Source: an uncultured Gammaproteobacteria bacterium (lineage in GTDB: Bacteria; Patescibacteriota; Patescibacteriia; UBA9934; GWF2-40-263). Taken from it: 35,576 bases of DNA. This document shows positions 16,140-26,573 of the stretch, one piece after another. Every line of letters begins with the position of its first letter. The first letter of the stretch is position 1. The stretch is taken from the NCBI GenBank assembly GCA_964471375.1, contig CAYYFM010000046.1, positions 1 through 35,576 of the forward strand, given 5' to 3'. The notes beneath the pieces are model-generated. The model was given only the letters and a program-made list of their open reading frames with translations. It had not been told where the DNA came from and did no database searches. The position numbers and the translations under genes were made by a program.

Positions 16140-16558
16140 ATAATATCCACTCCCATTTGACGCGCGGTGCCGGCGATAATTTTCATCGCGGCGTCAATGT
16201 CGGTGGTGTTAAGATCAGGTAATTTTTTTTCTGCGATTTCCCGCAGTTGAGCCTTCGTGATTTTTCCCACTTTTTCCGTGAGCGGTTTTCCAGAACCTTT
16301 TTCGATTCCAGCCGCTTTTGCAATAAGTCCGGATGCAGGAGCGACCTTCATGATGAAGTCGAAGGTGCGATCTTCATACACGTTGATGATGATCGGCACC
16401 ACCTCACCAATACGGCTTTGTGTTGCGTCGTTAAATTGTTTGACGAACGCTGCAATGTTTAAACCGTGCTGACCGAGTGCTGGACCAACTGGTGGGGCAG
16501 GAGTCGCTTTTCCACCTGGAATCTGGAGCTTAACTTGAGTCAAGATTTTCTTTGCCAT
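16136..16558 (-). CDS. rplK: 50S ribosomal protein L11
   Basis: [35 protein letters not shown]... is a full-length L11. Confidence 0.95.
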   Translation of the reverse strand: MAKKILTQVKLQIPGGKATPAPPVGPALGQHGLNIAAFVKQFNDATQSRIGEVVPIIINVYEDRTFDFIMKVAPASGLIAKAAGIEKGSGKPLTEKVGKITKAQLREIAEKKLPDLNTTDIDAAMKIIAGTARQMGVDII

Positions 16559-16618
16559 AGCAGTTTTGTTTGACTGGATTCAACCCACGAAGGGAGGCGA
16601 CCAGTGCTATGTGAATTA

Positions 16619-17164
16619 TTAGATTTTTTTGACCTGAAGGAAATCAAGTTCGACGGGAGTTTCTCGTCCGAACATGTTCACGAGGACTTTGATCTTTCCA
16701 CGAGTGACATCGATAGCAGAAACTTTTCCTTCAAAGTTTTTGAACGGCCCGTCGGTAATTTGTACAACAGAACCTTTTGAGACATCGAGCGTCATTTCTG
16801 GTTCGTCGACACCAACGCGTTTCATAAGCGCTTCAATTTCTTCTGGAGCAATTGGAGTTGGAATCGTTCCGGTGCCAATAAAACCTGTGACATTTGGTGT
16901 ATTACGTACGACGTACCAAGAGTCGTCGTCTACCATCATTTCCACAAGAACGTAGCCTGGAAAAATTTTCTCCTCGAGTGTTTTCCGTTTTCCATTTTTT
17001 ATTTTGATTTTTTTCTCTTTTGGAACGAGCACAGCAAAGATTTTGTCATGCATGTCCATGGTATCGATGCGCTGGTTGAGCGCTTCACACACATTGTCCT
17101 CGTATCCGGAATAGGTGTGAATGGCGTACCAACGCCGACCATAATTTGCTGTTTGCTTTGGCAT
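16619..17164 (-). CDS. nusG: Transcription termination/antitermination factor NusG
   Basis: NGN domain (RWYAIHTYSGYE, FPGYVLVEM) plus a KOW domain (GSVVQITDGPFKNFEGKVSAID). It sits in the canonical secE-nusG-rplK-rplA order. Confidence 0.93.
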   Translation of the reverse strand: MPKQTANYGRRWYAIHTYSGYEDNVCEALNQRIDTMDMHDKIFAVLVPKEKKIKIKNGKRKTLEEKIFPGYVLVEMMVDDDSWYVVRNTPNVTGFIGTGTIPTPIAPEEIEALMKRVGVDEPEMTLDVSKGSVVQITDGPFKNFEGKVSAIDVTRGKIKVLVNMFGRETPVELDFLQVKKI

Positions 17165-17180
17165 AGGGGTAAAAAAAAGA

Positions 17181-17210
17181 TCGAAGGTTGAAACTCGAAA
17201 CTCGAAGGTT
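17181..17210. repeat. Short direct repeats in the secE-nusG spacer: CGAAGGTT-(GAAACTC)x2-GAAGGTT
   Basis: Direct read: tcgaaggtt gaaactc gaaactc gaaggttt. An A8/T8 run lies next to it at 17171-17178. Confidence 0.7.
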
Positions 17211-17221
17211 TGGAGCTTAAT

Positions 17222-17428
17222 TTAAGATGTCAATCTGATGAGCTGTTCGAGACCGAGATTCAACGCCCAGTCGAGGCCGGCGAAGAAAAAGGCCATGAAT
17301 ACAGAAACGATCACGACCAAGATCGAATAGCGTATGGTTTCCTGACGAGTTGGCCATGTGACTTTTTCAAGCTCCTCTTTAGATTCCCTGAAATAAGAAA
17401 CAGCCTTTTTTGCCTGTGTTTTGAACAT
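17222..17428 (-). CDS. secE: Preprotein translocase subunit SecE
   Basis: A 68-aa protein reading ...FRESKEELEKVTWPTRQETIRYSILVVIVSVFMAFFFAGLD, with a single C-terminal TM helix. It is located immediately upstream of nusG. Confidence 0.8.
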   Translation of the reverse strand: MFKTQAKKAVSYFRESKEELEKVTWPTRQETIRYSILVVIVSVFMAFFFAGLDWALNLGLEQLIRLTS

Positions 17429-17468
17429 AAATCTATCTTAAAAGCCCCTCTCAGGGCTATTTAATGGA

Positions 17469-17497
17469 ACTATACAGGATTTATGGAAAGATAGCAA
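17469..17497 (-). promoter_or_regulatory. Candidate sigma70-type promoter for secE-nusG-rplKA
   Basis: The minus strand reads TTGCTA, a 17-nt spacer, then TATAGT. It lies about 40 nt upstream of the secE ATG and just downstream of the terminator at 17515-17540. Confidence 0.45.
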
Positions 17498-17514
17498 GGG
17501 GTGTAAAGGTGGAT

Positions 17515-17540
17515 AAAAAAAGAGAGGCAAACGTTGCCTC
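17515..17540 (-). terminator. Rho-independent terminator after the 17539..18138 gene
   Basis: The minus strand reads GAGGCAA-cgt-TTGCCTC followed by TCTTTTTTTAT. The stem overlaps the stop codon. Confidence 0.7.
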
Positions 17541-18138
17541 AGGAAGAAGAATTTCCTTGGATTGCCGTGACCTGGAATTGGCCCTGGGGTTCCACAACTG
17601 GAGGGGTGAATGTTGCGTTGTTTCCGATCATCGTAGCGTGCCACTGATGGTTTCCAACGACAATGAGGGCAGGAAACGATCCACATTCACACACGATCGC
17701 CTCATACAGAGCACACAAGTCGGCGAATAACGATTTATCGAGGACGTTTTGATCCATGTGAATGGCTGGGAGACTCTCCGTGTACTCGATCACAAAGACC
17801 GGTTTTGGAAGACCTGTGCTAGGGATCTTTTTCCTCCGAGCTACAGAAAGTCCTCCAGAAGGAAGCCGTCGTCCACGGTAGTCACCCGGATGTTGTGCGA
17901 GCCAATCGTTCGATTGTTTTCTCAACCACTTTTCAATGGTGTTGGCAACATCAGCATTGATTCGTTCTGCTTCCTGGTATGTCATCGCCTCCCCAAGGTC
18001 GAAGATGAGCTGGTAGTGGGTACAAATCCCCATATCAGCAAAGACCGCCTGAGTCTTTCCACCTTCGATCTGATCTTTCTTGAATGCAAGGAGCGCGGCA
18101 ATTCGGTCAGGATCTGTCACAAGAGTTGGATCTGCCAT
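17539..18138 (-). CDS. Hypothetical protein (G+C-rich orphan between gyrB and secE)
   Basis: ATG 18138 is preceded by GGAG 6 nt upstream (ggagaacacATG). The product is a 199-aa soluble protein with no recognisable domain and its own terminator. Confidence 0.55.
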   Translation of the reverse strand: MADPTLVTDPDRIAALLAFKKDQIEGGKTQAVFADMGICTHYQLIFDLGEAMTYQEAERINADVANTIEKWLRKQSNDWLAQHPGDYRGRRLPSGGLSVARRKKIPSTGLPKPVFVIEYTESLPAIHMDQNVLDKSLFADLCALYEAIVCECGSFPALIVVGNHQWHATMIGNNATFTPPVVEPQGQFQVTAIQGNSSS

Positions 18139-18192
18139 GTGTTCTCCACACACAGCTAAACATAAAAATAGCTCTGTGTCAATCCAGATCAG

Positions 18193-20335
<2,143 letters not shown>

Positions 20336-20349
20336 GACACGCTCTGATC

Positions 20350-21291
20350 ATGTATACTGTAACTGTTATGTCCGACGACCAACCCGTCTTGCTTCAGTCG
20401 GAGCAGGAGGATCAAAAAAAATATCGCCGTTCTAAGTGGTGGATTGAGCATCGCGACGGCTTACGAAGACTCGGGTTGTTTTTATTTGCGTGTGTAGACG
20501 GTCTTATTCTTCTGTTCGTGATTTGGACCTTTGCAGATGCGTATCTTGTAAGCTATGCGGATGAAACACAAGCCACCCTTGAAATGGTTGCTTATGGACA
20601 AACCGACCTCAGAAGTTTTTCTCTTTCAAATGCTGCGAAAGATTTAAAAACATCCACGGCGATTGCTGTGCCTTCTGTGGAAGGGAAGTTTGATTTTTAT
20701 ACCACCGTTACAAATCCAAACAACGATTGGTGGGCAGAATTTTCTTATTCGTTTTCCTCATCAGCTGGGGAAACAGAACCGCAACACGCATACGCGCTTC
20801 CCGGAGTTGAAAAACCACTCGTTGCCTACGCGACCACTTCGTCCGCAACCCCACGATCTGTTTCTTTAGAAATTACCGATCTTGTCTGGCATCGCATTGA
20901 TCATCATGACACAGGGGATGTTACGGTTTGGACGGAGGATCGGCTTCAAATGCAAATTGATGATCCTGTATTTGATCGTATCGAAATTGAAGGAAAAACC
21001 ATCGGACGGGTGACCTTTTCCATCACAAATAATTCCGCCTTCAGTTATTACGACCCAACGATCACGGTGATGCTCACACGTGGCCCGGCGGTTGTTGGGG
21101 TGACGGGGACGGTTTTACATTCCATCGACGCAGGTGAAACACAAGATATTTCACTCAACTGGTTTGGGACGATTCCAGCCGTGACGCAGGTAGAAGTGTT
21201 CCCAGACGTCAATCCATTTGACATTACATCCTATAAACCGTTACAAGGAGAATCCACGGAGGATACGAGAACGCGCGTATTGACGCGTTGA
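20350..21291 (+). CDS. Hypothetical membrane-anchored protein (N-terminal TM, extracytoplasmic domain)
   Basis: A basic N-terminus is followed by the TM helix LGLFLFACVDGLILLFVIWTF and then a beta-rich domain. It lies directly upstream of the SEDS gene. An alternative start is at 20368. Confidence 0.6.
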   Translation: MYTVTVMSDDQPVLLQSEQEDQKKYRRSKWWIEHRDGLRRLGLFLFACVDGLILLFVIWTFADAYLVSYADETQATLEMVAYGQTDLRSFSLSNAAKDLKTSTAIAVPSVEGKFDFYTTVTNPNNDWWAEFSYSFSSSAGETEPQHAYALPGVEKPLVAYATTSSATPRSVSLEITDLVWHRIDHHDTGDVTVWTEDRLQMQIDDPVFDRIEIEGKTIGRVTFSITNNSAFSYYDPTITVMLTRGPAVVGVTGTVLHSIDAGETQDISLNWFGTIPAVTQVEVFPDVNPFDITSYKPLQGESTEDTRTRVLTR

Positions 21292-21301
21292 CAGGAATCA
21301 C

Positions 21302-22411
21302 ATGTTGTCGAAATTTCGGCAATGGCAAAACGCGGATTGGATTTTGATCATGGGTATTTTTACCCTTGTATTGTTTGGTCTGGCCACGATTTATTCGGTG
21401 GAGCTGTCGCATGGCGGGGGAGATTTCTTGAACGTTCAAAAACAAACCGTTGCCGCGTTGATGAGTGGGATCTTTTTTTTTCTGATTGCTGGATCAAATT
21501 ATCACCTGCTTAGAAATTACGCGATTTTGTTGTATGGGATTGGTATTTTGCTTTTGATCGGTGTGCTGTTATTTGGGGTCACGATTCGTAACACGACTGG
21601 ATGGTACACCTTCGGACCTGTGAGTTTTCAGCCTGTTGAATTTATGAAAGCTGCGCTTGCTGTTGCTCTTGCCACATATTTTGCACGTCGTGCGCGCATT
21701 GAATTTGGATGGAAAGAACTTTTTGAAAGCGGGATGATCACTGCACTTCCCGTTGGCCTCATTTTCCTCCAACCCGATCTTGGCTCCGCTATTCTGCTCG
21801 TCGGCATGTGGGGAATTATGATTCTATTCGCCGGAATAAAAAAATTTCATCTACTAACAATTTTCATCGTTTCCATAATTTCCTTTCTCCTCTCCTGGAA
21901 TTTTCTTTTTCTTCCATACCAAAAAGACCGCATCACCACCTTTCTCGATCCTTCTTCTGATGCTCTTGGTCAAGGTTATAATGTGACTCAAGCGATCATT
22001 GCGGTGGGTGCGGGAGGTTGGTTTGGGAGTGGACTTGGGTTTGGTTCACAAAGTCAGTTGAAATTTCTTCCAGAATCACAAACCGATTTTATTTTTGCGG
22101 TGATCGCCGAAGAGCTCGGGTTTGTCGGAGTGCTTCTTGTTCTCACCGCCTTTAGTATCGTTTTTTTCCGTCTCTGGTCTATTGCGAAAGAAACACGCGA
22201 CGACTTCACCAGTTATCTTCTCATTGCGATTGGCGCTGTGTTGTTCGTTCAGTTTTTTATTAATGTCGGGATGAATATCGGTTTGCTACCGGTGACTGGT
22301 ATCGCGTTACCACTGGTCAGTTACGGAGGAAGCTCATTATTGTTTACACTTGTGATGCTCGGAATTGCACAGAGTGTTGTCATCCATGGAGGGAATCGGA
22401 AAGCGTCATAA
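21302..22411 (+). CDS. SEDS-family peptidoglycan glycosyltransferase (FtsW/RodA/SpoVE)
   Basis: About 10 TM helices. Family motifs are FQPVEFMK, LQPDLGSA, DFIFAVIAEELGF, GLLPVTGIALPLVSYGGSS. Confidence 0.9.
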   Translation: MLSKFRQWQNADWILIMGIFTLVLFGLATIYSVELSHGGGDFLNVQKQTVAALMSGIFFFLIAGSNYHLLRNYAILLYGIGILLLIGVLLFGVTIRNTTGWYTFGPVSFQPVEFMKAALAVALATYFARRARIEFGWKELFESGMITALPVGLIFLQPDLGSAILLVGMWGIMILFAGIKKFHLLTIFIVSIISFLLSWNFLFLPYQKDRITTFLDPSSDALGQGYNVTQAIIAVGAGGWFGSGLGFGSQSQLKFLPESQTDFIFAVIAEELGFVGVLLVLTAFSIVFFRLWSIAKETRDDFTSYLLIAIGAVLFVQFFINVGMNIGLLPVTGIALPLVSYGGSSLLFTLVMLGIAQSVVIHGGNRKAS

Positions 22412-22505
22412 AACATCCTTCGACCTCCTCTGGTCGCTTAGGAAATAATGTTTAAGGACTATTGCGAAGCCACGTTTATTATCTGAGCTTGTCGAAGGTC
22501 GAGAG

Positions 22506-22913
22506 GTGGTGATAACATGTAAATATATGAAACCAAATCCTCCCGGTTTTGACGCGTTGCGCGTCATGGCATATTGCCCTTTGTGTGATACACGATACGA
22601 GCCAATGCATGCTCGCATTCTTTCTGAATCGGGCCGCACAAGACTCATTCATGTTACCTGCGAAGAATGTGGTTGTGCGACCCTTTCGTTGTTACAAGAA
22701 CATGAAGCAGGCGCGAGTTCTGTTGGACTCGTTACCGACCTCTCTCATACCGACGTTTTGGAGTTTCACAGCAATACAAAAGTAACAATGGACGATGTGA
22801 TCGATGTGCACCATACGCTTCTCCATAGTTTCGCGAAACGGTTCCAGATTCCTGAAAAAAAACGCCGATCCATTCGACCAAAAGTACGAGCAAAAACGCA
22901 TCAGACCGTTTAA
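22506..22913 (+). CDS. Hypothetical zinc-ribbon protein
   Basis: CPLC...(22 aa)...CEEC form a four-Cys ribbon, followed by a basic tail. The start is GTG 22506 or ATG 22527. Confidence 0.55.
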   Translation: MVITCKYMKPNPPGFDALRVMAYCPLCDTRYEPMHARILSESGRTRLIHVTCEECGCATLSLLQEHEAGASSVGLVTDLSHTDVLEFHSNTKVTMDDVIDVHHTLLHSFAKRFQIPEKKRRSIRPKVRAKTHQTV

Positions 22914-22917
22914 AAAT

Positions 22918-22936
22918 AACCCCGTTAGATGGGGTT
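22918..22936 (+). terminator. GC-rich hairpin after the zinc-ribbon gene
   Basis: AACCCC-gttagat-GGGGTT lies 5 nt after the stop. There is no clear U-run. Confidence 0.4.
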
Positions 22937-22963
22937 GACAACTATTTCTCTATCAAGCACAAT
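22935..22963 (+). promoter_or_regulatory. Candidate promoter for rplY
   Basis: TTGACA (22935-22940), a 17-nt spacer, then CACAAT (22958-22963), about 30 nt upstream of the rplY ATG. Confidence 0.35.
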
Positions 22964-22992
22964 ACCCGCATTAATTGCTGGTATTGTTTTAT

Positions 22993-23688
22993 ATGGAATT
23001 ATTTACACTCAACGCGAAAAAGCGCGATCTTATTGGTCGCAAGAACTACCATCTTCGAAACGATGGTCGTATTCCTGCCGTTGTATACGGTTCTGGAACG
23101 GAACCGATGAATATCGAGGTGGTGCATAACGAGTTTGCCAAAGTGCTCAAAGGCGCTGGGGAGTCAACGCTTGTGGAGCTTGCCATCGATGGAGCTCAGC
23201 CATTGCACGTTCTTATTCAGGACTCGCAAACCGATCCGCTTCGCGATGAGTTCATTCACGCCGATTTCCGCGCGGTGGATATGTTGAAGAAAATCGAAGC
23301 AGAGGTAAAACTGCACTTCGTTGGCGAATCGCCAGCGATCAAAAGTCTTGGGGGAACGCTTGTACGTCCAATGGATGAAATTCGTATCAAGGCATTACCA
23401 AAAGATCTCCTTTCGTTTATCGAAATTGATATTTCAAAACTCGTGACATTTGACGATGCGATTCATATCAAAGACCTACCGATTCCTTCAACCGTAGAAG
23501 TTCTCGAGGACATGGAAGCAACCGTTGCTCTTGTCGCGGCACCACGCACAGATGCAGAAATGGATGCGTTGAGCAAAGCGGTTGAAATCGATGTGACCGC
23601 TGTTGAGAAAGTTGAAAAGGAAAAGAAAGCAGAGGATGACGCGGCAGAAGGTGATGAAAAGAAAAATGCCCCTGTTGCAAAAAAATAA
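22993..23688 (+). CDS. rplY: 50S ribosomal protein L25 / general stress protein Ctc (long form)
   Basis: MELFTLNAKKRDLIGRKNYHLRNDGRIPAVVYG...LIQDSQTDPLRDEFIHADF, followed by an acidic/Lys-rich tail. Confidence 0.88.
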   Translation: MELFTLNAKKRDLIGRKNYHLRNDGRIPAVVYGSGTEPMNIEVVHNEFAKVLKGAGESTLVELAIDGAQPLHVLIQDSQTDPLRDEFIHADFRAVDMLKKIEAEVKLHFVGESPAIKSLGGTLVRPMDEIRIKALPKDLLSFIEIDISKLVTFDDAIHIKDLPIPSTVEVLEDMEATVALVAAPRTDAEMDALSKAVEIDVTAVEKVEKEKKAEDDAAEGDEKKNAPVAKK

Positions 23689-24802
23689 GAACACCATCAT
23701 CGCAAGCGCCATATTTCTGGCGCTTGTGTTTGGTTTAGGGGTGTTGATACAGAAGGAGCCAGAGGCGCCAAACGTGCCAGAGGAGCCAAAGGATGTGGTT
23801 GAAGTTTCGCTTTTCCGTCATCCGCTGACTGGCCTACCGGTCTTAAGCCTTATGCCTTCTGATCTTTCTGTCTACGCCGTCATGATCGATAATTCGGTTG
23901 ACGCATGGCCAGTTTCAGGAGTCGATAAAGCCTTTCTCGTCATCGAAGCGCCAGTGGAAGCAGCAATTCCTCGTTTGGAAGCGTTCTTCTCGTCCGACAC
24001 GGTCGTCGACAAGATCGGTCCTGTACGCTCTGCTCGCCCGTACTTTATTGACTGGGCAAACGAGTTCGATGCGCTTTATACACATGTTGGCGGTTCGAAC
24101 GCCGCACTCGAAAACATTTCGTCAACGGGAACGTTTGACATCAACGAATTCTGGAACGGAGATTATTTCTGGCGTGCTTCTGATCGCTATGCTCCGCACA
24201 ATACGTATACATCAACGGAGCTGTTAGGAAAGTATGTGGCAGCCGCTGTAGATCGAGGTCGTGCGCCAGAGGTGTTGTACGGGACATGGAAGTTCAAGGA
24301 CTGGGCAGACGCCACTAAATTGGCTAGGAACTCAGATTCCCTAGGGACTTTAGTCCCGTCCGTTACTGTCGGTCAGAGTGACCCTGTCATTGCGAGGATT
24401 CCTCAGACGACGCGGCAATCTCCCACCATCTCCATCTATTTCAATTCTGACCTGTATACAGCAACATGGACATACGATTCTGTGTCTGGACAATACATCC
24501 GCACTCAAGGTGGTCAACCCTATCTCACAGCAGACGGAATACAGATCACCGCCACCAACGTCGCGGTCATCGTGACAGACATTAAAATCCTCGACTACGT
24601 CGGCCGTCGTTCCATTCGCACGGTCGGCGAAGGAAAGGCATGGCTTGCACAAGACGGAATCACGATCGAAGCAACATGGAAAAAACCATCCACAAGTGAA
24701 CGGCTCAGATTTTTCGACATGACAGGAAATGAGATCATCATGAATGCTGGGAACACGTGGATTGAAGTTGTTGGAGAGGAGGAGGACGTGACCGTCGACT
24801 AA
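23666..24802 (+). CDS. DUF3048 (YerB-like) domain membrane-anchored protein
   Basis: An N-terminal anchor (IIASAIFLALVFGLGVLI) is followed by DNSVDAWPVSGVDKAFLVIEAPVEAAIPRLEAFF and GPVRSARPYFIDWANEFDALYTHVGGS, typical of DUF3048. It overlaps the rplY 3' end by 23 nt. Confidence 0.8.
   Translation: MPLLQKNKNTIIASAIFLALVFGLGVLIQKEPEAPNVPEEPKDVVEVSLFRHPLTGLPVLSLMPSDLSVYAVMIDNSVDAWPVSGVDKAFLVIEAPVEAAIPRLEAFFSSDTVVDKIGPVRSARPYFIDWANEFDALYTHVGGSNAALENISSTGTFDINEFWNGDYFWRASDRYAPHNTYTSTELLGKYVAAAVDRGRAPEVLYGTWKFKDWADATKLARNSDSLGTLVPSVTVGQSDPVIARIPQTTRQSPTISIYFNSDLYTATWTYDSVSGQYIRTQGGQPYLTADGIQITATNVAVIVTDIKILDYVGRRSIRTVGEGKAWLAQDGITIEATWKKPSTSERLRFFDMTGNEIIMNAGNTWIEVVGEEEDVTVD
23753..23806 (+). repeat. 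EPEEPKD cassette, DUF3048-gene copy (in frame)
   Basis: AAGGAGCCAGAGGCGCCAAACGTGCCAGAGGAGCCAAAGGATGTGGTTGAAGTT (KEPEAPNVPEEPKDVVEV). It has 39/45 identities to the queA copy, plus one 3-nt indel. Confidence 0.8.
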
Positions 24803-25725
24803 ATCTCTGTGATCACGACGCGGGGGAGGCATTCGAGATCGTTTGTGATTTGTGGAGTGGAATGTGGGAAGGCGTGGCGGATGAGGTTTTGGATGGAGAG
24901 GTTTTGGGATGGATCGATTTCAATAAGAGTCGTGACACGATCGGGTAACACAAAACGGTTTTGTTTTAATTGTCGGAAGAGATTCCAGTAGGCGTCGAGG
25001 CCGTCGTGTCCGGCGACGAGTGCTTCTCTTGGTTCAAAGTCTCGAACGTCATGCTGGCCTGTGTCGACCTGCTTATCAGAGAGATATGGGAGGTTGGCGC
25101 AGAGGATGAGGTGCTGAAAAGGTTTTTGTGCTCCGATGGATTTGAAAATTTTTATAACTGGATCCGCGAGATTTCCGTACTGAAAATCAACGAGTTCTTC
25201 GACATGATGTTTCTGCGCATTTGTTTTTGCCACGACAAGTGCCTGCTTACTGATGTCTGTTGCAATAACAGGGAGTTTGGATTCTGATGCAAGTGTGATC
25301 GCGATCGCTCCTGACCCTGTTCCGATGTCGGCGAATAGGACGGAGGAAATTTTGGAATCTGAAGAAATTGGGGAAATGATAGAGGAGGAAATTTGTAAGG
25401 CGTGTTCGACGAGGACTTCGGTTGCTGGACGTGGGATTAAGACAAATCGATTCACCGCAAAATCGCGCTTGTAAAATTCACGTGTGCCGACGATATAGGC
25501 GACGGGCTCATGTGTCGCACGTCGATTCACCGATTCACGATAGCGCTCACTTTGATGCGCCGTTAGTTCATAGTCAAGGTGGGTAAATAACCACGTTTTA
25601 TTCACCTCAAGTGCCGCAGACAACAAAACCTCCGCATCGAGCATTGGTGATTCGAGACGGTTCGTTATATCTGTCTGGCGTTTGAGGACATCATTCGCCC
25701 ACTGAAGTGCTTCCATGATCAGCAT
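24799..25725 (-). CDS. prmC: Release factor glutamine N5-methyltransferase PrmC (HemK)
   Basis: EPVAYIVGTREFY, LIPRPATE, SAM motif DIGTGSGAIAITLA and the motif IV variant NLPY (25084-25095). The start is chosen at ATG 25725. Confidence 0.85.
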   Translation of the reverse strand: MLIMEALQWANDVLKRQTDITNRLESPMLDAEVLLSAALEVNKTWLFTHLDYELTAHQSERYRESVNRRATHEPVAYIVGTREFYKRDFAVNRFVLIPRPATEVLVEHALQISSSIISPISSDSKISSVLFADIGTGSGAIAITLASESKLPVIATDISKQALVVAKTNAQKHHVEELVDFQYGNLADPVIKIFKSIGAQKPFQHLILCANLPYLSDKQVDTGQHDVRDFEPREALVAGHDGLDAYWNLFRQLKQNRFVLPDRVTTLIEIDPSQNLSIQNLIRHAFPHSTPQITNDLECLPRVVITEI

Positions 25726-25759
25726 AGTTTGCAGAGTTCCTGAAAGTGTATCACAAAAG

Positions 25760-25789
25760 AAAAAGCGCTGGACCAAGGGTCAACAGCGC
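25760..25789 (-). terminator. Rho-independent terminator just upstream of prmC
   Basis: The minus strand reads GCGCTG-ttgacccttggtc-CAGCGC followed by TTTTTCTTTT. Confidence 0.55.
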
Positions 25790-25869
25790 AGGGGAAAAGG
25801 GGTGGTTCGGATCTTTGATGTAATCTCAGATGCATCCAGATGGATGACGTGGAAGGTTTTGGCTTTTTG

Positions 25870-26561
25870 AGGGCTTATTCTTCGTTGTCTTCAGAGACGT
25901 TGCTTTTACTCGATTCCATTCGTTCGTGTTCGCTTTGTTGGCCACCTAAGTGATCTTCATTGCAAAATTTCGCGTTTGGAGGAGTAGCTTCTCGGTATTG
26001 CACGAGTTGCTGGCATGGTCTTTGAATTCCGTTTCTGAATACAGATTCGCTTGGCTGACGTATTCATTCCCTATCCTTGTTTCCCATTTGACCCGAAGAC
26101 CATTTGTTCCGCATGGATTTTTCCCTCACCGATTCGATCGTTTCGTCTTTGTTTCAATTCAGACCTTGGAAGATCGTCATCGCTACTTGGACAATTCGTT
26201 CGTTCTGGCGACTGTTGGGAGAATGTTCTGAAAGCGTCTGCGTATCTGTCGAACCGGGTTGGCTCGAGCTGCTTTTTCACTTCGACACGAGGCCGAGCTA
26301 GAGAACCTTTCGATCCTCGAGCAACTGTTGCCGTACCAATACTTTGAGGTGACTTCTTGTCCTTGCGAACTTTCTGTCTGCGTCACTTAGTAAACCTTCC
26401 ATTCGTCTTGCGACTTCAGGTTGGAGATTTTCGTGTCGCCCTCTCAGCAGGTGGTAAAAGATATAATACGCGAAATGAAAACACTCGTCAAGAGTGCAAG
26501 GATAGCGAAATTTATAGGTTATCCACAGTTCGTCCCTCATTGCAGGCAGTTCGTCCCTCAC
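25870..26561 (-). pseudogene. Possible decayed gene (multiple frame breaks) or an unrecognised RNA. There is no intact ORF across about 0.7 kb.
   Basis: The minus strand is purine-rich like the coding strands elsewhere. An 87-codon ORF starts at GTGA/ATGA, overlapping the upstream gene's stop. After that the reading frame continues only by switching frames (26298, about 26071, about 25950), and the region ends ...SEDNEE* near 25880. Confidence 0.3.
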
Positions 26562-26573
26562 TGCAGGCAGTTC
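26526..26573. repeat. 21-nt tandem duplication (2.3 copies) at the gene junction
   Basis: The copies are cagttcgtccctcaTtgcagg, cagttcgtccctcaCtgcagg and cagttc. On the minus strand each copy contains ...AACTGCCTGCA(G/A)TGAGGGACGA, so the stop/start overlap is duplicated. Confidence 0.9.

Noticed and set aside
26519-26527. A perfect DnaA-box consensus, TTATCCACA.
   Set aside because: It is a single isolated copy. One 9-mer match on two strands of 35.6 kb is close to the chance expectation. There is no cluster, no AT-rich unwinding element and no dnaA or dnaN nearby.
25790-26557. The possibility that the region with no intact ORF is RNase P RNA, tmRNA, SRP RNA or 6S RNA.
   Set aside because: I could not find the diagnostic strings. 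These are GAGGAAAGTCC and ACAGAACCCGGCTTA for RNase P, a tRNA-like 3' end with CCA plus a tag ORF for tmRNA, and the GGAA-type SRP apical motif. Only weak resemblances exist (GAGGGAAAAATCC, GAACCGGGTTGGCT). This remains open pending a covariance-model scan.
26526-26573. A CRISPR-like or other repeat array.
   Set aside because: There are only 2.3 directly abutting copies of a 21-mer with no spacers. No cas genes occur anywhere in the window.
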